A DNA stretch of 63,767 bases, the filler included, from Chiloscyllium plagiosum (taxonomy: Eukaryota): assembly GCF_004010195.1 (NCBI RefSeq). It is 16 parts of 16 records of this genome, joined end to end, with 100 filler letters (N's around TTAATTAATTAA, not from the genome) between each part and the next. Parts side by side here need not be neighbours in the genome. Positions count along the whole stretch, not along the records: positions 37,422 to 38,801 come from NW_025151394.1; positions 38,902 to 40,454 come from NW_025161277.1; positions 40,555 to 42,861 come from NW_025179732.1; positions 42,962 to 45,142 come from NW_025178364.1; positions 45,243 to 58,091 come from NC_057720.1; 11 more parts are not named here. One strand, given 5' to 3'. Made by a program: the position numbers and the translations under genes. The notes under the pieces are model-generated. The model was given only the letters and a program-made list of their open reading frames with translations, ran no database searches and had not been told where the DNA came from. How positions within the stretch are numbered: the stretch's first letter is position 1; every line of letters begins with the position of its first letter. This document shows, piece after piece, positions 38,110-51,305 of the stretch.

Positions 38110-38412
38110 ACTGACAAGTGTTTATCTCAAATTGGTGATTCTAACCATGGCAGGCGCGAGAAATAAGGTGAGATGCAATTTAAACGCAATCCAGTAGTGC
38201 TAGTTTGTCCAAATGTATAATTGTTTTCTACCTTCTTCGTGTTGATTGTCAAGTTAAATGCATACCAAACCTGGAAAAGTATTCCAAGCTTTCAAAATAC
38301 AATGAATCGTAAAAGCTGGAATAATGCACCAAATCATTTTTAGAGGAGTCTGAATCACTGCTTTCTAGGAAGTGAAGAAATTCTCTGCATTTTACAGTTT
38401 ACAGTCTGTCAT

Positions 38413-38483
38413 AGTATTTGACACAACGTGTCTCACAGTGATGGAGCTGGGGTGACACTGCAATTATGATCAATACAAAAACC
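38413..38483 (+). other. DH2 segment ATGGAGCTGGGGTGA (38441-38455) with 12/12 RSS
   Basis: AGTATTTGA + 12 + CACAGTG; CACTGCA + 12 + ACAAAAACC. Confidence 0.8.
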
Positions 38484-40193
38484 TATTCAGCCTCCATTGT
38501 TTGAAACTAGTCAGTGATTACTTCTACAAACCGTCTTAACTTGCAGTCAGTATTAGTTCTGTGCGGTTTAATGCCAGTATCACTATTTAATTTGTAAAAG
38601 AGGTTGGGTAATTATTGATACACCAGTTGGGGATTTTGAGAATCAGCTCATGTGTTACTCTGTGAAGTATAAAACAGTATTAAAATTTATCAATAATGAT
38701 CAGAATTCACTAGCGCAATTATGTGATGAAGATTTATCATGACTTTATTTTGCCTGTGGTTCTGAAAGTTTAAATTGATGGTAGATTTTTGATTTGTTTT
38801 ANNNNNNNNNNNNNNNNNNNNNNNNNNNNNNNNNNNNNNNNNNNNTTAATTAATTAANNNNNNNNNNNNNNNNNNNNNNNNNNNNNNNNNNNNNNNNNNN
38901 NGAGGCAGAAGGAACAAGTGTCTCTGCAATTAACAACAAATGATTAGGAAGGAAATGTGGTAATCAGCAAGAGGGCTCCTTGCCCATATTTGCCCTGATG
39001 CCATAGACTTCATGGGGTTCAGAGTTCATGTTGAGGACTCCCAGGGCAATTCCTTTCTGCTTGCTTATCACTGTGCCACTATCTTTGTGAATATGATAAG
39101 TAATATTCCCAGGCATCTGCTCTGCAGCTTCAGCTTTTCACCATTTACAGTAATAACTTAAATAAAGGAACGGGGAGTTGGACATCCAAGTTTACAGATG
39201 GCACTACATTAGGAGGCATAATGAAGGCACATAGACAGATTAAATGAGCAAATCCCGTTTGACATAGCTTTATTCAATGTGGGGGGAGTGTAAGATCATC
39301 CAGCCGAAAGATGTTAAGGACAAGATGAAATATGTAACAAGGAACAGTTAAAATCTGGAAATCGATTTCCCACAAGGCTATCAAACCTTAATTGCAACAA
39401 TTCAACCTTTCTTAAAAGAAAAAGAGATGACATGCAGCCAAAGGTTGACCGCAGAAATAAATTCAGTTGCTGCCTGGCGAGAGAGTGAGAGTGCAAGAGA
39501 GACAGGAATTCACACCAGATGAGCTGTCAAGGGAGAAAGGCTGCTGCAAAATCAACCTGTAATCTCCAATGAGTATCTCACACTTAGCAAGGTAGTAAAA
39601 AAAAAGGTGAGAAACATTTCCGTCTTCCATCTTTCAAGAACACACAAGGGCAGAGAGAGGTTACAAGAGTTTGAATGTTAGTCTGGGTTTGTGACTGATC
39701 ACATGACCGAGTGTGTGGATTAGTTCCAGCTGGAAGAACAGCTACTTAAACACCCTTGCGCTGCAGGTTGTACAAAGGGAAATCTTAACTTATGTTCTGC
39801 CAGTTAGGCAATACTGAAATAAATGAGGACAAAAGGGTTCCATTCAAATTATGTAGCTAATAATCTCAAAATTGACTGTCAACTAATGCTACTGGCAACA
39901 TACACTACAATGGCCACAACTTTCAAATATTTATTATTCGTGAACAATTCAGAGATTGATCAACTTTCTTTTTAACTTTCATCTTATTTCTAAACTCTTT
40001 ACATGTGTGTTGCTTCCCTACTTCCTCTTGTAGTTAATATTAAATATACTCACTTTTTAAAATCAGGATACTCTAATGAAATTGAAAAAAATATCAGTTC
40101 ATTCAGGTGATTAACCAGGGCTGAGTGCAGCCACACACAGACACGGACACAAGGGCAGACGCAGACACACAAACATTGTGCCCAGTCCCTTAC

Positions 40194-40454
40194 CCCACTG
40201 ATAGAGCTGGGCCTCTGCCAGGCTGCTGTGTTCAATGTGACAGGAGTATTGATCCTCATCACCCGCATTGATCTCAATCTCTTTCTGGATCTGATGGGTC
40301 CCATCATGGTTCGGTCGAACCCCCGAGGATTGGGTCTCAGACATGACCTCTCCATTCCTTAGCCAGGTCACCTCGATGTCTACAGGATCAAACCCAGTGA
40401 TCAGGCAGGAGAGAGTGAGCAGCTTGTCCTGACCATTGGGCTCCCTCCTGGAGG
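40194..40454 (-). CDS. Non-classical MHC class I alpha3 exon (copy 3), 5'-truncated by linker
   Basis: Near-identical to the copy 1 alpha3, open frame, |gtaagg donor. Confidence 0.85.
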
Positions 40455-42210
40455 NNNNNNNNNNNNNNNNNNNNNNNNNNNNNNNNNNNNNNNNNNNNTT
40501 AATTAATTAANNNNNNNNNNNNNNNNNNNNNNNNNNNNNNNNNNNNNNNNNNNNAGAAGAGCAAAAGGGACCATGAGAAAATAATAGTAGTCAAAATAAA
40601 GGAAAATATTTTTAAAAGTTACAGGCTCATTCATAATAAAAGAATTATTTGGGAAACAGTATTGCCCATTAAGTGTTATTATTGGAGTGGAGCCGGAGGA
40701 TTAGTTTGTGGTCAAAACGAATGTGTTGTGTCAGTGTTCACAAGGAAGAGGGACAATGTGGGGACAGAAATCATGGAGGGGTGTTGTGATGTACTTTCAG
40801 AAATTAGGACCATGACGTGATGTTCTGTGTTGTCTTGCTGAATGAAAAGTGGTTATATTTCCAGGGCAGATGAAAAGTATACCAAGCGGTTGAGCGATGC
40901 AAAGGATGAAATAGTTGGGTCGCTGACAATAATTTAGAATTCCTGTCTGGCCACAGCAGTTGTGCCAAGTGAGTGTAGATCAGCCAACGTTGCACTGTTA
41001 TGCAGGACGAAGGAAGGGATAAATAATGAAAACACAGATCTGTCAAGCTAGTCTCAGTGGTAAGGAAACTATTGAGAAGTGAAATTAGTCTTCATTTGGA
41101 AGATAAATCTACAATTTTCAGCACTGGGTGACTGGAAATCTATGTCTCCTGGTGTTCTGTAGGGATTAGTGTTGATCATGCCGCCCATCGTCTTACATAC
41201 CAATGATTGAGACTCAAATTTAGGAGAATTAACCAGTTTCATTTAATCATTAACAGATTAAATGAAAACTGTCATGTTGAGTAAGTCATGAGCATAATGG
41301 CTTTAGATTGCAGGAGGATATAAAAGGGTTGGTTGTATGTGAAGAGAAAAGTTGCAAATGGAAATTATTCTGAATAAATGTAAGGTGATGTAATTCGGCA
41401 GAATCTGTGAGGTATGACGTTTTGAATGGTGGAACCCTGGAAAGGCCTGAGGATCTTTGGTGCATGTACCCACCGATCCCCTATAGTACTGTGTCGTCTG
41501 GATAAAGAGGCTGAGAAAGTGGGAGGATATTTGCTTTTATTAGCCTAGACATTGACAATGAAGAGTGGTGAGATGATACTGGAACTTAATAAAACACTGG
41601 TTCGGCCATACTGAAGCGTTTTGTGCATGTTATCGAAGGAATGTGATAACACTAAAGGCAGTATTGATGAGATTTTCCAGGGTCTTGCCTGGGTTGGAGG
41701 GTTTTAGTTATGAAACTAGTTTAGATAGACAGGGGTTTTCATTGGAGCAGAGGAGAATTAGGGAGAAGATTATCATGATATCTAGAATTATTTTAGGCAT
41801 AGACAGGGTAAACTGGATGAAACCTTTCCCCTTGATGGAGAAATCAATGCCTCAGGGGCACAGGGTGAAGGTAAGGCCAGGAGGTTCCAAGTGGATCTCA
41901 GGGGAAAACAAAATCAAACAGAGGGTGGTGTTAGCCTGGAGCTCAGCACCTATAAGTCATGTAGAGACTGAGCCCCTCATTATAAGTATGAAGTATCCTT
42001 GCAAGGGTAAGTCACACAAGGCAATGGATCGTGTGCTGGCACATGAGACTGGAATAGTTAGGTGGCTTGTTATTGATAGGCGTGAATTGGATGGATCAAA
42101 GGGCCTTTTTCCTGTGCTGTATAAGGTGATTCTGTGAAAACGGTTATAAATAATGCCTTCTTCATGTTAATCACAATGGATCTGTTTATCTCAGTTCCCA
42201 CAACACTTAC

Positions 42211-42516
42211 CTGGACATGGCATTACTTTGCTCTTGTGTGTCCCGCTGTGTTGAACCTCACAGTATATTTTGCTGGGGCAATCTACCACTGACCCGGGCA
42301 GGGTTAACTGGCTGCTCAGGGTGTAGGTTCCCTTCTTGTTTCTCACTGATGGGTAAGTCTTCAATCCAGTCGTGATTAGCTCCCCACCTTTCTTCCAGGT
42401 TACCTTGGTGATGTCAGGGGAATAATCCATCGCCAAACAACCAAAGATCACAGAACCGGTGTTGTGCTCCTGACAGGAGGAGACCAGGCCATAAAGCGTG
42501 GGGGGAGACGGTGTCT
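42211..42516 (-). pseudogene. IGHM: IgM C-mu1 exon (copy 4); open frame but canonical acceptor TAG>TAC
   Basis: attctattgtac|agacacc; the next AG is 2 nt downstream and would shift the frame. Confidence 0.75.
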
Positions 42517-44009
42517 GTACAATAGAATGACCAATTGAGCATGTTAGTTTCTGTTAATTTGACCTTATCAGTTACTCAAATGTATCCTCAGTGTAAACGT
42601 TTGCCAGTATGCTCCCGCTGAAGCCAATAGCATAACTGGGGTTTATTTTTGTTTCCTACCATTTGCTGATCATGATCATTGGTTCCCTCTTTAGAAACAT
42701 GCCCTCGACCTTGACCATTACCATATAATTTAGGAAGAGGAACATCCTGATCCCACCCCAGTAACTGTTTGAAGATCTCACCAACTGACACTTTCACTGG
42801 ATTGCTGTGAAGAGCAGAGGTTTCACAAAATACAAACCAAGGAAATGCAGATTCATCGAAANNNNNNNNNNNNNNNNNNNNNNNNNNNNNNNNNNNNNNN
42901 NNNNNTTAATTAATTAANNNNNNNNNNNNNNNNNNNNNNNNNNNNNNNNNNNNNNNNNNNNTGTTTAATAAAATAATATATCCAAAGTACACAGGCAGCA
43001 TTGCCCTTTGATGTGAAGGGCACTGCTTGTCACTGGCCACTCGGGTGTTTCCTTTCTTCCTGGTGGTGGAAACTGAATTCGTGCACCTTGGGTTTTCACT
43101 GTGTCTCACACCTGCACACACACACAACATTGGGGCTGGGGAAAAGATAAGCACTACCGCAGTTAGGTGGTAGTGTGGGGGAAAAAAATAAAATAAACAG
43201 GAATGTCAGAGGTTTTTTTCACTCTGCGAGCAGACTCTGAGGAAGCTGGAAAACAAAATAAAATCCAAAGTACACAGACAGCATTGCCCTCTGATGTGAA
43301 GGGCACTGCTTGTCACTGGTCACTTGGGTGTTTCCTTTCTTCCTGGTGGTGGAAACTGAATAAAGATTCGTGCACCTTGTATCTTTCACTGTGTCTCATA
43401 CCTGCAGACACACAACATAGGGGCTGGGGACAAAATAAGTCCAAAGCACACAGAGACAGAGACCCAATATTCTTTATCTTTATTCCCTCTTCCAGATTGA
43501 CATTGACAGAAAACAGACTGCAATTAACAGCCCAGACAGAAAGCTGCACAAATTCACAGCCACAATGAAGCTTGAGGAAAACACTTGTGGAGATTTTCTC
43601 AATAATGTGAGAATCCTGTCCTTTTAAACAGTGACAAGACCTTAAATTGGAACTGATGGCTGAGCAGGAAGGTGATCTGGTTTACTGAAGCAGAGACTTC
43701 TGAGGTTCACATTGTTTTTGTACAGCTGACAGTCTTCAGTATCTTCGAGAGGTTTGACTTGGTATCACAAATCAACCCTGTCCCTATCACACACTCCCAG
43801 AACAGGGTTAGCATACTGTTTGACACAGCATAAAGGTCTCTCTATACTATCGCAACAACCTGTTTTCACTACTGAACCTCAGAATTTGCTCCGAGCAGTC
43901 CTGAGATGGAAGAGAGTTGGAATTCAGTGCTGACAATGACTTTTGTCCTGCCAGCTCAGCCCTGTTCTATTTTAAAGTTGTGTCTCCTCTGTGGACTGTC
44001 TCAAACATT

Positions 44010-44338
44010 CTACCCACATTCTGATCTCCTGATGCACTTGCTGAGGGGAGAGGGGAGGTTCCCGTGGGTGAGGGCACAGGAGAAGCGAGCGTTGGACTCC
44101 CAGTCAGACCCAAAGAGGGTCAGCAGGCTGCTGACATTGTAGGTGCTGTCCGAAGCTCGCAGGTAGTTGCTGGTCTGAACCCCGTCCGAAATGACTGCAC
44201 CATCCTTCTTCCACTGCACCTCCAGCTCATCGGGATAGAAGGGATTGGCAAGGCACACCAGAGTGGCAGTGCCCTTGGCATTGACCTGCTCTGGGGAGGG
44301 GGGCAGCAGGGTCAGCTTGGGCTGAGAGTTCTCACGGC
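44010..44338 (-). CDS. IGKC: Ig kappa constant exon (copy 2), open frame with atypical substitutions
   Basis: 329-bp exon; ANPFYP, TLFGS, THGNL and KCIRRSECG differ from copy 1. Confidence 0.88.
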
Positions 44339-45242
44339 CTGAAAGACAAGAGAAACAATTTTAATCCCTTCCAAACAAATGGATTTTGACTCTCAGCATA
44401 TTCACTGGCAATACAATCTTATTGAACATTTGTAGTCAATACAGAATAAACCAGACAAAAGAACAGACATTGTTCAAATTGCTTCTTGGGATGTGAGTGT
44501 CACTGGCAGGGCCAGCATTTATTGCCCATCCCTAATTGCCCCTGAGAAGGTGATGGTGAAAGAGAAGGGACAGTTTTCGACCATCATTTATTGAATGAAT
44601 GTGGGCAGCTGGAAGGGCTATCAATGGGGGAGCATTTCAGTGACAGTGATCAGAACTCAGTGAGATTGAGAGGAGGGATGGAAATGGAGAACCATGGAGA
44701 ACCAAGTGTAAAAGTTTTCATTGGCGAATGAACTATTTTACTAAACTGTGTGGTGATTTATCAAAAGTGGACTGGCACCAGGACATGGTGGGAAATCAGT
44801 GTCAGGGTAGTGGAAGCCCTCGAAGGATGAGACAGAGATTGTTCAGAATCTGTTCCCACAAGGCGTAAGGGTGGGACTGCCAAATCTAGACTCTCAGCCT
44901 GGGATGTCAAAAGGCAGCCAGAGTAGGGAAGACCAAATAGGGAAGGTGATGTTGGTTATCTGGAGTTCAAACCTGCAGAAAGCTGAGAGAATAGAGAATG
45001 CAGGGATGAAATTAAACAGGATCTGAGTAACGCAAAGAGCTGATAGGATGAAGTATGTCCAAGTGAATCAGGTTAATCCTAACGAACAAGAGGATTGGGG
45101 CTCATGTATTGACATAGATTGGGAACTGGTTGGCAGGCAGGANNNNNNNNNNNNNNNNNNNNNNNNNNNNNNNNNNNNNNNNNNNNTTAATTAATTAANN
45201 NNNNNNNNNNNNNNNNNNNNNNNNNNNNNNNNNNNNNNNNNN

Positions 45243-46326
45243 GAGCGGTTCCTTGAGCAGACTGTCAAAGCCATTTGGCAGAATGCCTCATCGCCAGAAC
45301 TTTCCACAAGCACCAAGACATGGCTTGGCTGGTGGTGAGAAGGGCTCTGCCTGTGAGATCCTTTATGCACACCCGGACTCTCAGCCGCACCGCACGCTGC
45401 CCTCGAAGCAGCTGCGGGGGGGACGAGACTGTCACACACCTCCTTCTGGAATGTGCCTATGCAGAGGAAGTCTGGAGAGGAATGCAGTGGTGTCTGTCGA
45501 GGTTCGTCCCGAGCAGCGCCGTGATGCGGGACTCCATGCTCTACGGCCTGTTCCCCGGGATGCACACCGAGACGAACATCAGCTGTGCCTGGAGGATCAT
45601 CACCTCGGTGAAGGACGCTCTCTGGGTGGTCCGAAACCTGTTGATCTTCCAGCTGAAGGAGTTGACCCCAACTGAGTGTTGCAGACTGGCACATTCCAAG
45701 GTCCAGGACTACGTGTTGAGGGACGCGCTGAAGCTTGGGGCAGCTGCCGCCAAGGCGCAGTAGGGAAAGACCACCGTCTAACATCTGCCTGCCTAAGAAG
45801 AACAGGGGGCCCACGCAGTCATTTGGGCTCCACTGGCGTCTCAGCTCAATGTAATCGCACCAACCTGTGAATAGGAATGATTACCCTGTTTCGATACGCA
45901 AAAAAATGGAATGTTTACAGAATGTTTACAGTCTCAGTCAAATCCATCAAATTCAGCACCGCCTTCCTAACCTGCAATCTTCTTCCCGACCTCTCCGCCC
46001 CCACCCCAGTCTGACCTATCACCCTCACCTTGACCTCTTTCCACCTATCACATTTCCGACGCCCCTCCCCCAAGTCCCTCCTCCCTATCTTTTATCTTAG
46101 CCTGCTGGACCAACTTTCCTCATTCCTGAAGAAGGGCTAATGCCCGAAACGTCGATTCTCCTGTTCCCTAGATGCTGCCTGACCTGCTGCGCTTTTCCAG
46201 CAACACATTTCCATCTCTGATCTCCAGCATCTGCAGACCTCACTTTCTCATTACAGAATGATGACATGTCCAATTGTATAGATTAAATATATATGAATAA
46301 AGTATATTTTTGAAATTAAAAAAAAT
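45243..46326 (+). mobile_element. L1/Tx1-like LINE 3' end (ORF2 CCHC region, AATAAA, A-tail) interrupted by a Penelope pLTR (~45925-46250)
   Basis: CPRSSCGGDETVTHLLLEC zinc-knuckle; insertion flanked by the direct repeat ttacagaatg (45915-45924, 46251-46260). Confidence 0.75.
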
Positions 46327-47459
46327 CTACAGGCAGCATTATGTAGTACACTCGCACTCAGAGAGACACAGCCTGCAGTGACAGCGATTGGCCTAAGATC
46401 ATTTCAGATACTATCCAGCATGAAGCAGAGAGTGCACAGTGCAATCCCAGCAACTGGGCCTGGACCAACAGAGTGAAGGGGAATGCCTTAGATTGTAACC
46501 ATTGAGTCCCAACAGATTTCAGTTTCTGTTCTGTTTGGAATCTTGTAACCTCCACAGATTCCAGATCAAAGAGATCATTTGAAAGTGATTGATGATTGGC
46601 TGTCAGTCTATACGAGAACAGATATCTTATTGATTGACAGGCCAAGCAGCCAATTGTGACAACGTCATGCTGAAATGCAGCCAATCAGCTGAAAGGAGTG
46701 GTCCATTTCCAAAGCACACAGAAAGGGCAGTGTTTGTCACTGGCCACCCGGGTGTTTTCCTATCTTCCTGGTGGTGGAAATTGAATAAAGATTGGTGCAC
46801 TTTGTGTCTTCCACTGTGTCTCACACCTGCACAAAAGAAAAAGAAAAAGAAAAGGAAAAAGAAAAAAAAAAGAAAAAAAAAACAAAAATCCAAAGCACAC
46901 AGAGACAGAGACTGAATCTTCTTCATCTTTATTCCCTTTTCCAGATTGGCATTGACAGAAAACATACTGCAATTAACAGCCCAGACAGAGGAAGCTGCTC
47001 AAATTCACAACCACAATGGAGCTTGAGGAAAACACTTGTGGAGATTTTCTCAATAACATGAGAATCTTGTCCCTTTAAACAGTGATAAAAACCTTAAAAT
47101 GGAGCTGGTGGCTGAGCAGGAAGGAGATCTGGTTTACTGAAGCAGAAATTTCTGAGGTTCACATTGTTTTGTACAGCTGGCAATCTTCAGCAACTTGTAG
47201 AGATTTTACTTGGCATCACAAATCACCCCTGTTCCCATCAAACACTCACAGGACAAGGACAGCATGAGATTTGACACACTGTAAAGCTCTCTCTACACTG
47301 TCCCAAGGACCTGCCTGAACTCCTGAACCTCAGAAATGCCTCTGAGGTGTTCTGAGAAGGAAGAGAATTGAAATTTAATGCTCACAATGATCTTTGTCCT
47401 GCCAGCTCAACCCTGTCCTATTTAACGTTGTGTCTCCTCTGTGGACTTTCTCAAACATT

Positions 47460-47788
47460 CTACACACATTCTGATCTCCTGATGCTCTTGCTGAGGGGAG
47501 AGGGGAGGGTCACGTGGGTGAGGGCACAGGAGAAGCGAGCGTTGGACTCCCAGTCAGACCCAGAGAGGGTCAGCAGGCTGCTGACACTGTAGGTGCTGTC
47601 TGAAGCTCGCAGGTAGTTGCTGGTCTGAACCCCGTCCGAAATGACTGCACCATCCTTCTTCCACTGCACCTTCAGCTCATCGGGATAGAAGTGATTGGCA
47701 AGGCACACCATGGTGGCAGTGCCCTTGGCATTGACCTGCACCAGGGAGGGGGGCAGCAGGGTCAGCTTGGGCTGAGAGTTCTCACGGC
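47460..47788 (-). CDS. IGKC: Ig kappa constant exon (copy 3), intact
   Basis: 329-bp exon; RENSQPKLTLLPPSLVQVNAKG...RRSECV*. Confidence 0.9.
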
Positions 47789-50700
47789 CTGAAAGACAAG
47801 AAAAACAATTTTAATCCCTGCCATTCAAAGAGATTTCAATTCTCAGAATATTCACTGGTAAAATGTTTGAATATTTGTCTCCAATACCTAATAAACCAGA
47901 CAAAAGAATTTACATTTTTTAAATTGATTCTTAGGATATGAATGTCACTGGCAGGAGCAGAATTTATTGCTCATCCCTAATTGCCCCTGAGAAGGTGATA
48001 GTGAAAGAGAAGGGACAGAGTTCAAACCTGCAGAAAGCTGAGAGGAGGATAGAAAATGCAGGAGTGACATTGAACAGGACCTGAGGAAAGCAAAGAGCTG
48101 ACAGGATGAAATTGAATAATAGAATTTACAGTACAGAAGGAGGCTATTCAACCCATCATGACTGTGCTGGCTCTAGAAAGAGCTATCCAGCCAGTCCCAC
48201 TCTCCAGTCCAATCTCTGTTGCTCTCTAACTTCATTCATTTGCAATATGCACGTTGAAACCTCCAACAGAATCCACCTCCACCATCCTGTCAGGCAGCAT
48301 GTTCCAAATCCTAACAACTCCCTCATCTCACTCCAAGCTGTCTTGTTGACCATCTTGAAATTGTTGCCTCTCGTTACAGACGTACCAACTCATGGAAACA
48401 AAATATCCTCCTTAACCCTGTCAAAAATTGTTCAAAACAGTGAACAACTCTATAAGATCACCTCTTAATCTTCTCTGCTCAGAGGGGAATAAGCCCAATC
48501 TCTCTAAACTTTCCTTGTATCTAAAATCACTCATTCCTGGTATCATTTCGATAAAACTCATTTTAATCTGTCTCCAGGGTTTTAATATGGCTCTCTAAAT
48601 AAGGTGTTCATAACTGAACACAATCTTCCAAATCTGGTCTGATCAGTGATCTGTAGAGGTGTAGCATTGCTTCCTTGCTTTTTTACTCTGTGCTGTATTT
48701 TAAAACCCAAGGATTCTGTAAGTTTATTACTAAAAATGCAATAAGGGGTTAGAAGATGAAATATGAAAGTTCGCCAGCCAATAATATAAAAGAAGATTGC
48801 AAGACTTTTTTTTTGTCAAAATATAAAGCTAAGAGGAAGGCAAGACTGGATGTTGGACTGCTGGAAAATGAGGCTGGAGAAGTAGTAATGGGGAACAAGG
48901 AAATGGCAGAGGATCTGAATAGTGACTTTACATCAGTCTTCACGGTGGAAGACACCAGTAGTATACCAGAACTTAAAGAGATTCAGGGGCAGAGATGAGA
49001 GTAATGGTGATCACTGAGGAGAAGGTGCTGGGGAAGCTGAAAGTTCTGAGATGGATAAATCAGCCGGACCGGATAGACTACATCCCAGAGTTTGAAGGAG
49101 ATAGCTGAGCAGATTGTGAAAGCATTGGTGGTGATGTGGTGATCTTTCAGGAATCACTGGAGTCAGGGAGAGTCCAAGAGGACTGTAAAATGGCTAATGT
49201 TTAGGAAAGGAGGGAGGCAGAAGATGGGAAATTATAGGCTGGTTAGTCTGACCTCAGTCTTTAGTCAGATTGTAGACTTCAGTTTAAGGATGAGATTGCA
49301 GGGGAGTTGGAAGTGCATGGTCAAGTCGGGCTGTGTCAGCATGGCTTCATCAAGGGGAGGCCTGACAAATCTGTTCGAATTCTTGAAGGAAGGAATGAAC
49401 AAGTTAGATAAAGGAGAGCCAGTGGACGTGATCTCTTTGGATTTACAGACAGCCTTTGACAATGTGCCATACAGGAGGCGACTAAAGAAGAGAAAAGCCC
49501 GTGGTGTTAGGGACAAGGTCTTGGCATGGATAGAAGGTTGGACGCCTGGCAGAAGGCAGAGAGTGGGATAAAAGGATCTTTTTCAGGATGGCAACCGGTG
49601 ACTAGTGTGGTTCTGCGAAGGTCCGTGCTGGGACTACAGCTATTCACCAAAAATGAATGATTCATTAATGATCTGGATGAAGGATCTGAGAACATTGTTG
49701 CTCAATCTGCAGGTAACCCAAAGATAAGTGGAGGGACAGGTCGTGTTGAGGAAGTGGAGAAGCTGAAGAAGGAGNNNNNNNNNNNNNNNNNNNNNNNNNN
49801 NNNNNNNNNNNNNNNNNNNNNNNNNNNNNNNNNNNNNNNNNNNNNNNNNNNNNNNNNNNNNNNNNNNNNNNNNNNNNNNNNNNNNNNNNNNNNNNNNNNN
49901 NNNNNNNNNNNNNNNNNNNNNNNNNNNNNNNNNNNNNNNNNNNNNNNNNNNNNNNNNNNNNNNNNNNNNNNNNNNNNNNNNNNNNNNNNNNNNNNNNNNN
50001 NNNNNNNNNNNNNNNNNNNNNNNNNNNNNNNNNNNNNNNNNNNNNNNNNNNNNNNNNNNNNNNNNNNNNNNNNNNNNNNNNNNNNNNNNNNNNNNNNNNN
50101 NNNNNNNNNNNNNNNNNNNNNNNNNNNNNNNNNNNNNNNNNNNNNNNNNNNNNNNNNNNNNNNNNNNNNNNNNNNNNNNNNNNNNNNNNNNNNNNNNNNN
50201 NNNNNNNNNNNNNNNNNNNNNNNNNNNNNNNNNNNNNNNNNNNNNNNNNNNNNNNNNNNNNNNNNNNNNNNNNNNNNNNNNNNNNNNNNNNNNNNNNNNN
50301 NNNNNNNNNNNNNNNNNNNNNNNNNNNNNNNNNNNNNNNNNNNNNNNNNNNNNNNNNNNNNNNNNNNNNNNNNNNNNNNNNNNNNNNNNNNNNNNNNNNN
50401 NNNNNNNNNNNNNNNNNNNNNNNNNNNNNNNNNNGGGACCTGACGGCACAGCCTCAGAGTGAAGGGAAGACCCTTTTGAACTGAGATAAGGAGGAATTCC
50501 TTCCGTCATAGGGTTGTGAATCTCACTGCTGCAGAAGGCTAGGGAGGCCATGTCATTGAGTGTACTTCAAACAGAGGTAGCTAGGATCTGAATGCTTCCC
50601 ACCATGAGTGGAGGAAGTGTGGTCAGTGACAGCAGTTGGAGATCCAGGTTTCGGAGCTTGACCAGCTGCTGGTGTCAGTGCGGAGCGTCCGTGAGGGTGA

Positions 50701-51305
50701 GAGCTCCGTGGAGAAACGTTTCTAGATGTGGTCACTCTGCAGCTTCAGAGTATGCAGGGAGAGAGGGAATGGGGGAGCAGCAGACAGTCCAAAAGGACAA
50801 GGCAGCTAGTACAGGAATCCCCTGAGTGCATCCCACTCTCCAACCAGGATTCAGTTTGGAATTTTGATGAGAATGATGGTACATCTGGGGAGTGCAGCCA
50901 GAGACAAGTCCACGGCACCACGGGATTTCAGCTGTTCAGGGGGACACAAGGGAGACTGGAAGAGCGATAGTGAGAGGAGATTTGAGAGCGAGGGCAATCG
51001 ATAGGTGTTTCTGCAGCTGCAGATGGGAATCCAGGATTGTATGCTGTCTCCCTGGTGCCAGGGTCAAGGATGTCACTGAGCAGCTGCAGAGCACCCTGAG
51101 GGGAGAGGGGGAACAGCCAGCAGTCGTGGTCCACATCGGTCCCAGTGACAGAGGGAGAAAAGGGATGGTCCTGCAGTCAGAATTTAAGGAGCTCAGTAGG
51201 GAATTAGCAGCAGGAACTATAATATAGGAATCTCCGGATTACTTCCAGTGCCCCACACAAGTGAGAAGAGGAACGGGACGGTAACACAGGTGAATGTGGG
51301 GCTTG

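Noticed and set aside
49640-50551. Long ORFs containing X runs (also 21086-21931 and 30255-31007)
   Set aside because: Artefacts of translating through N gaps.
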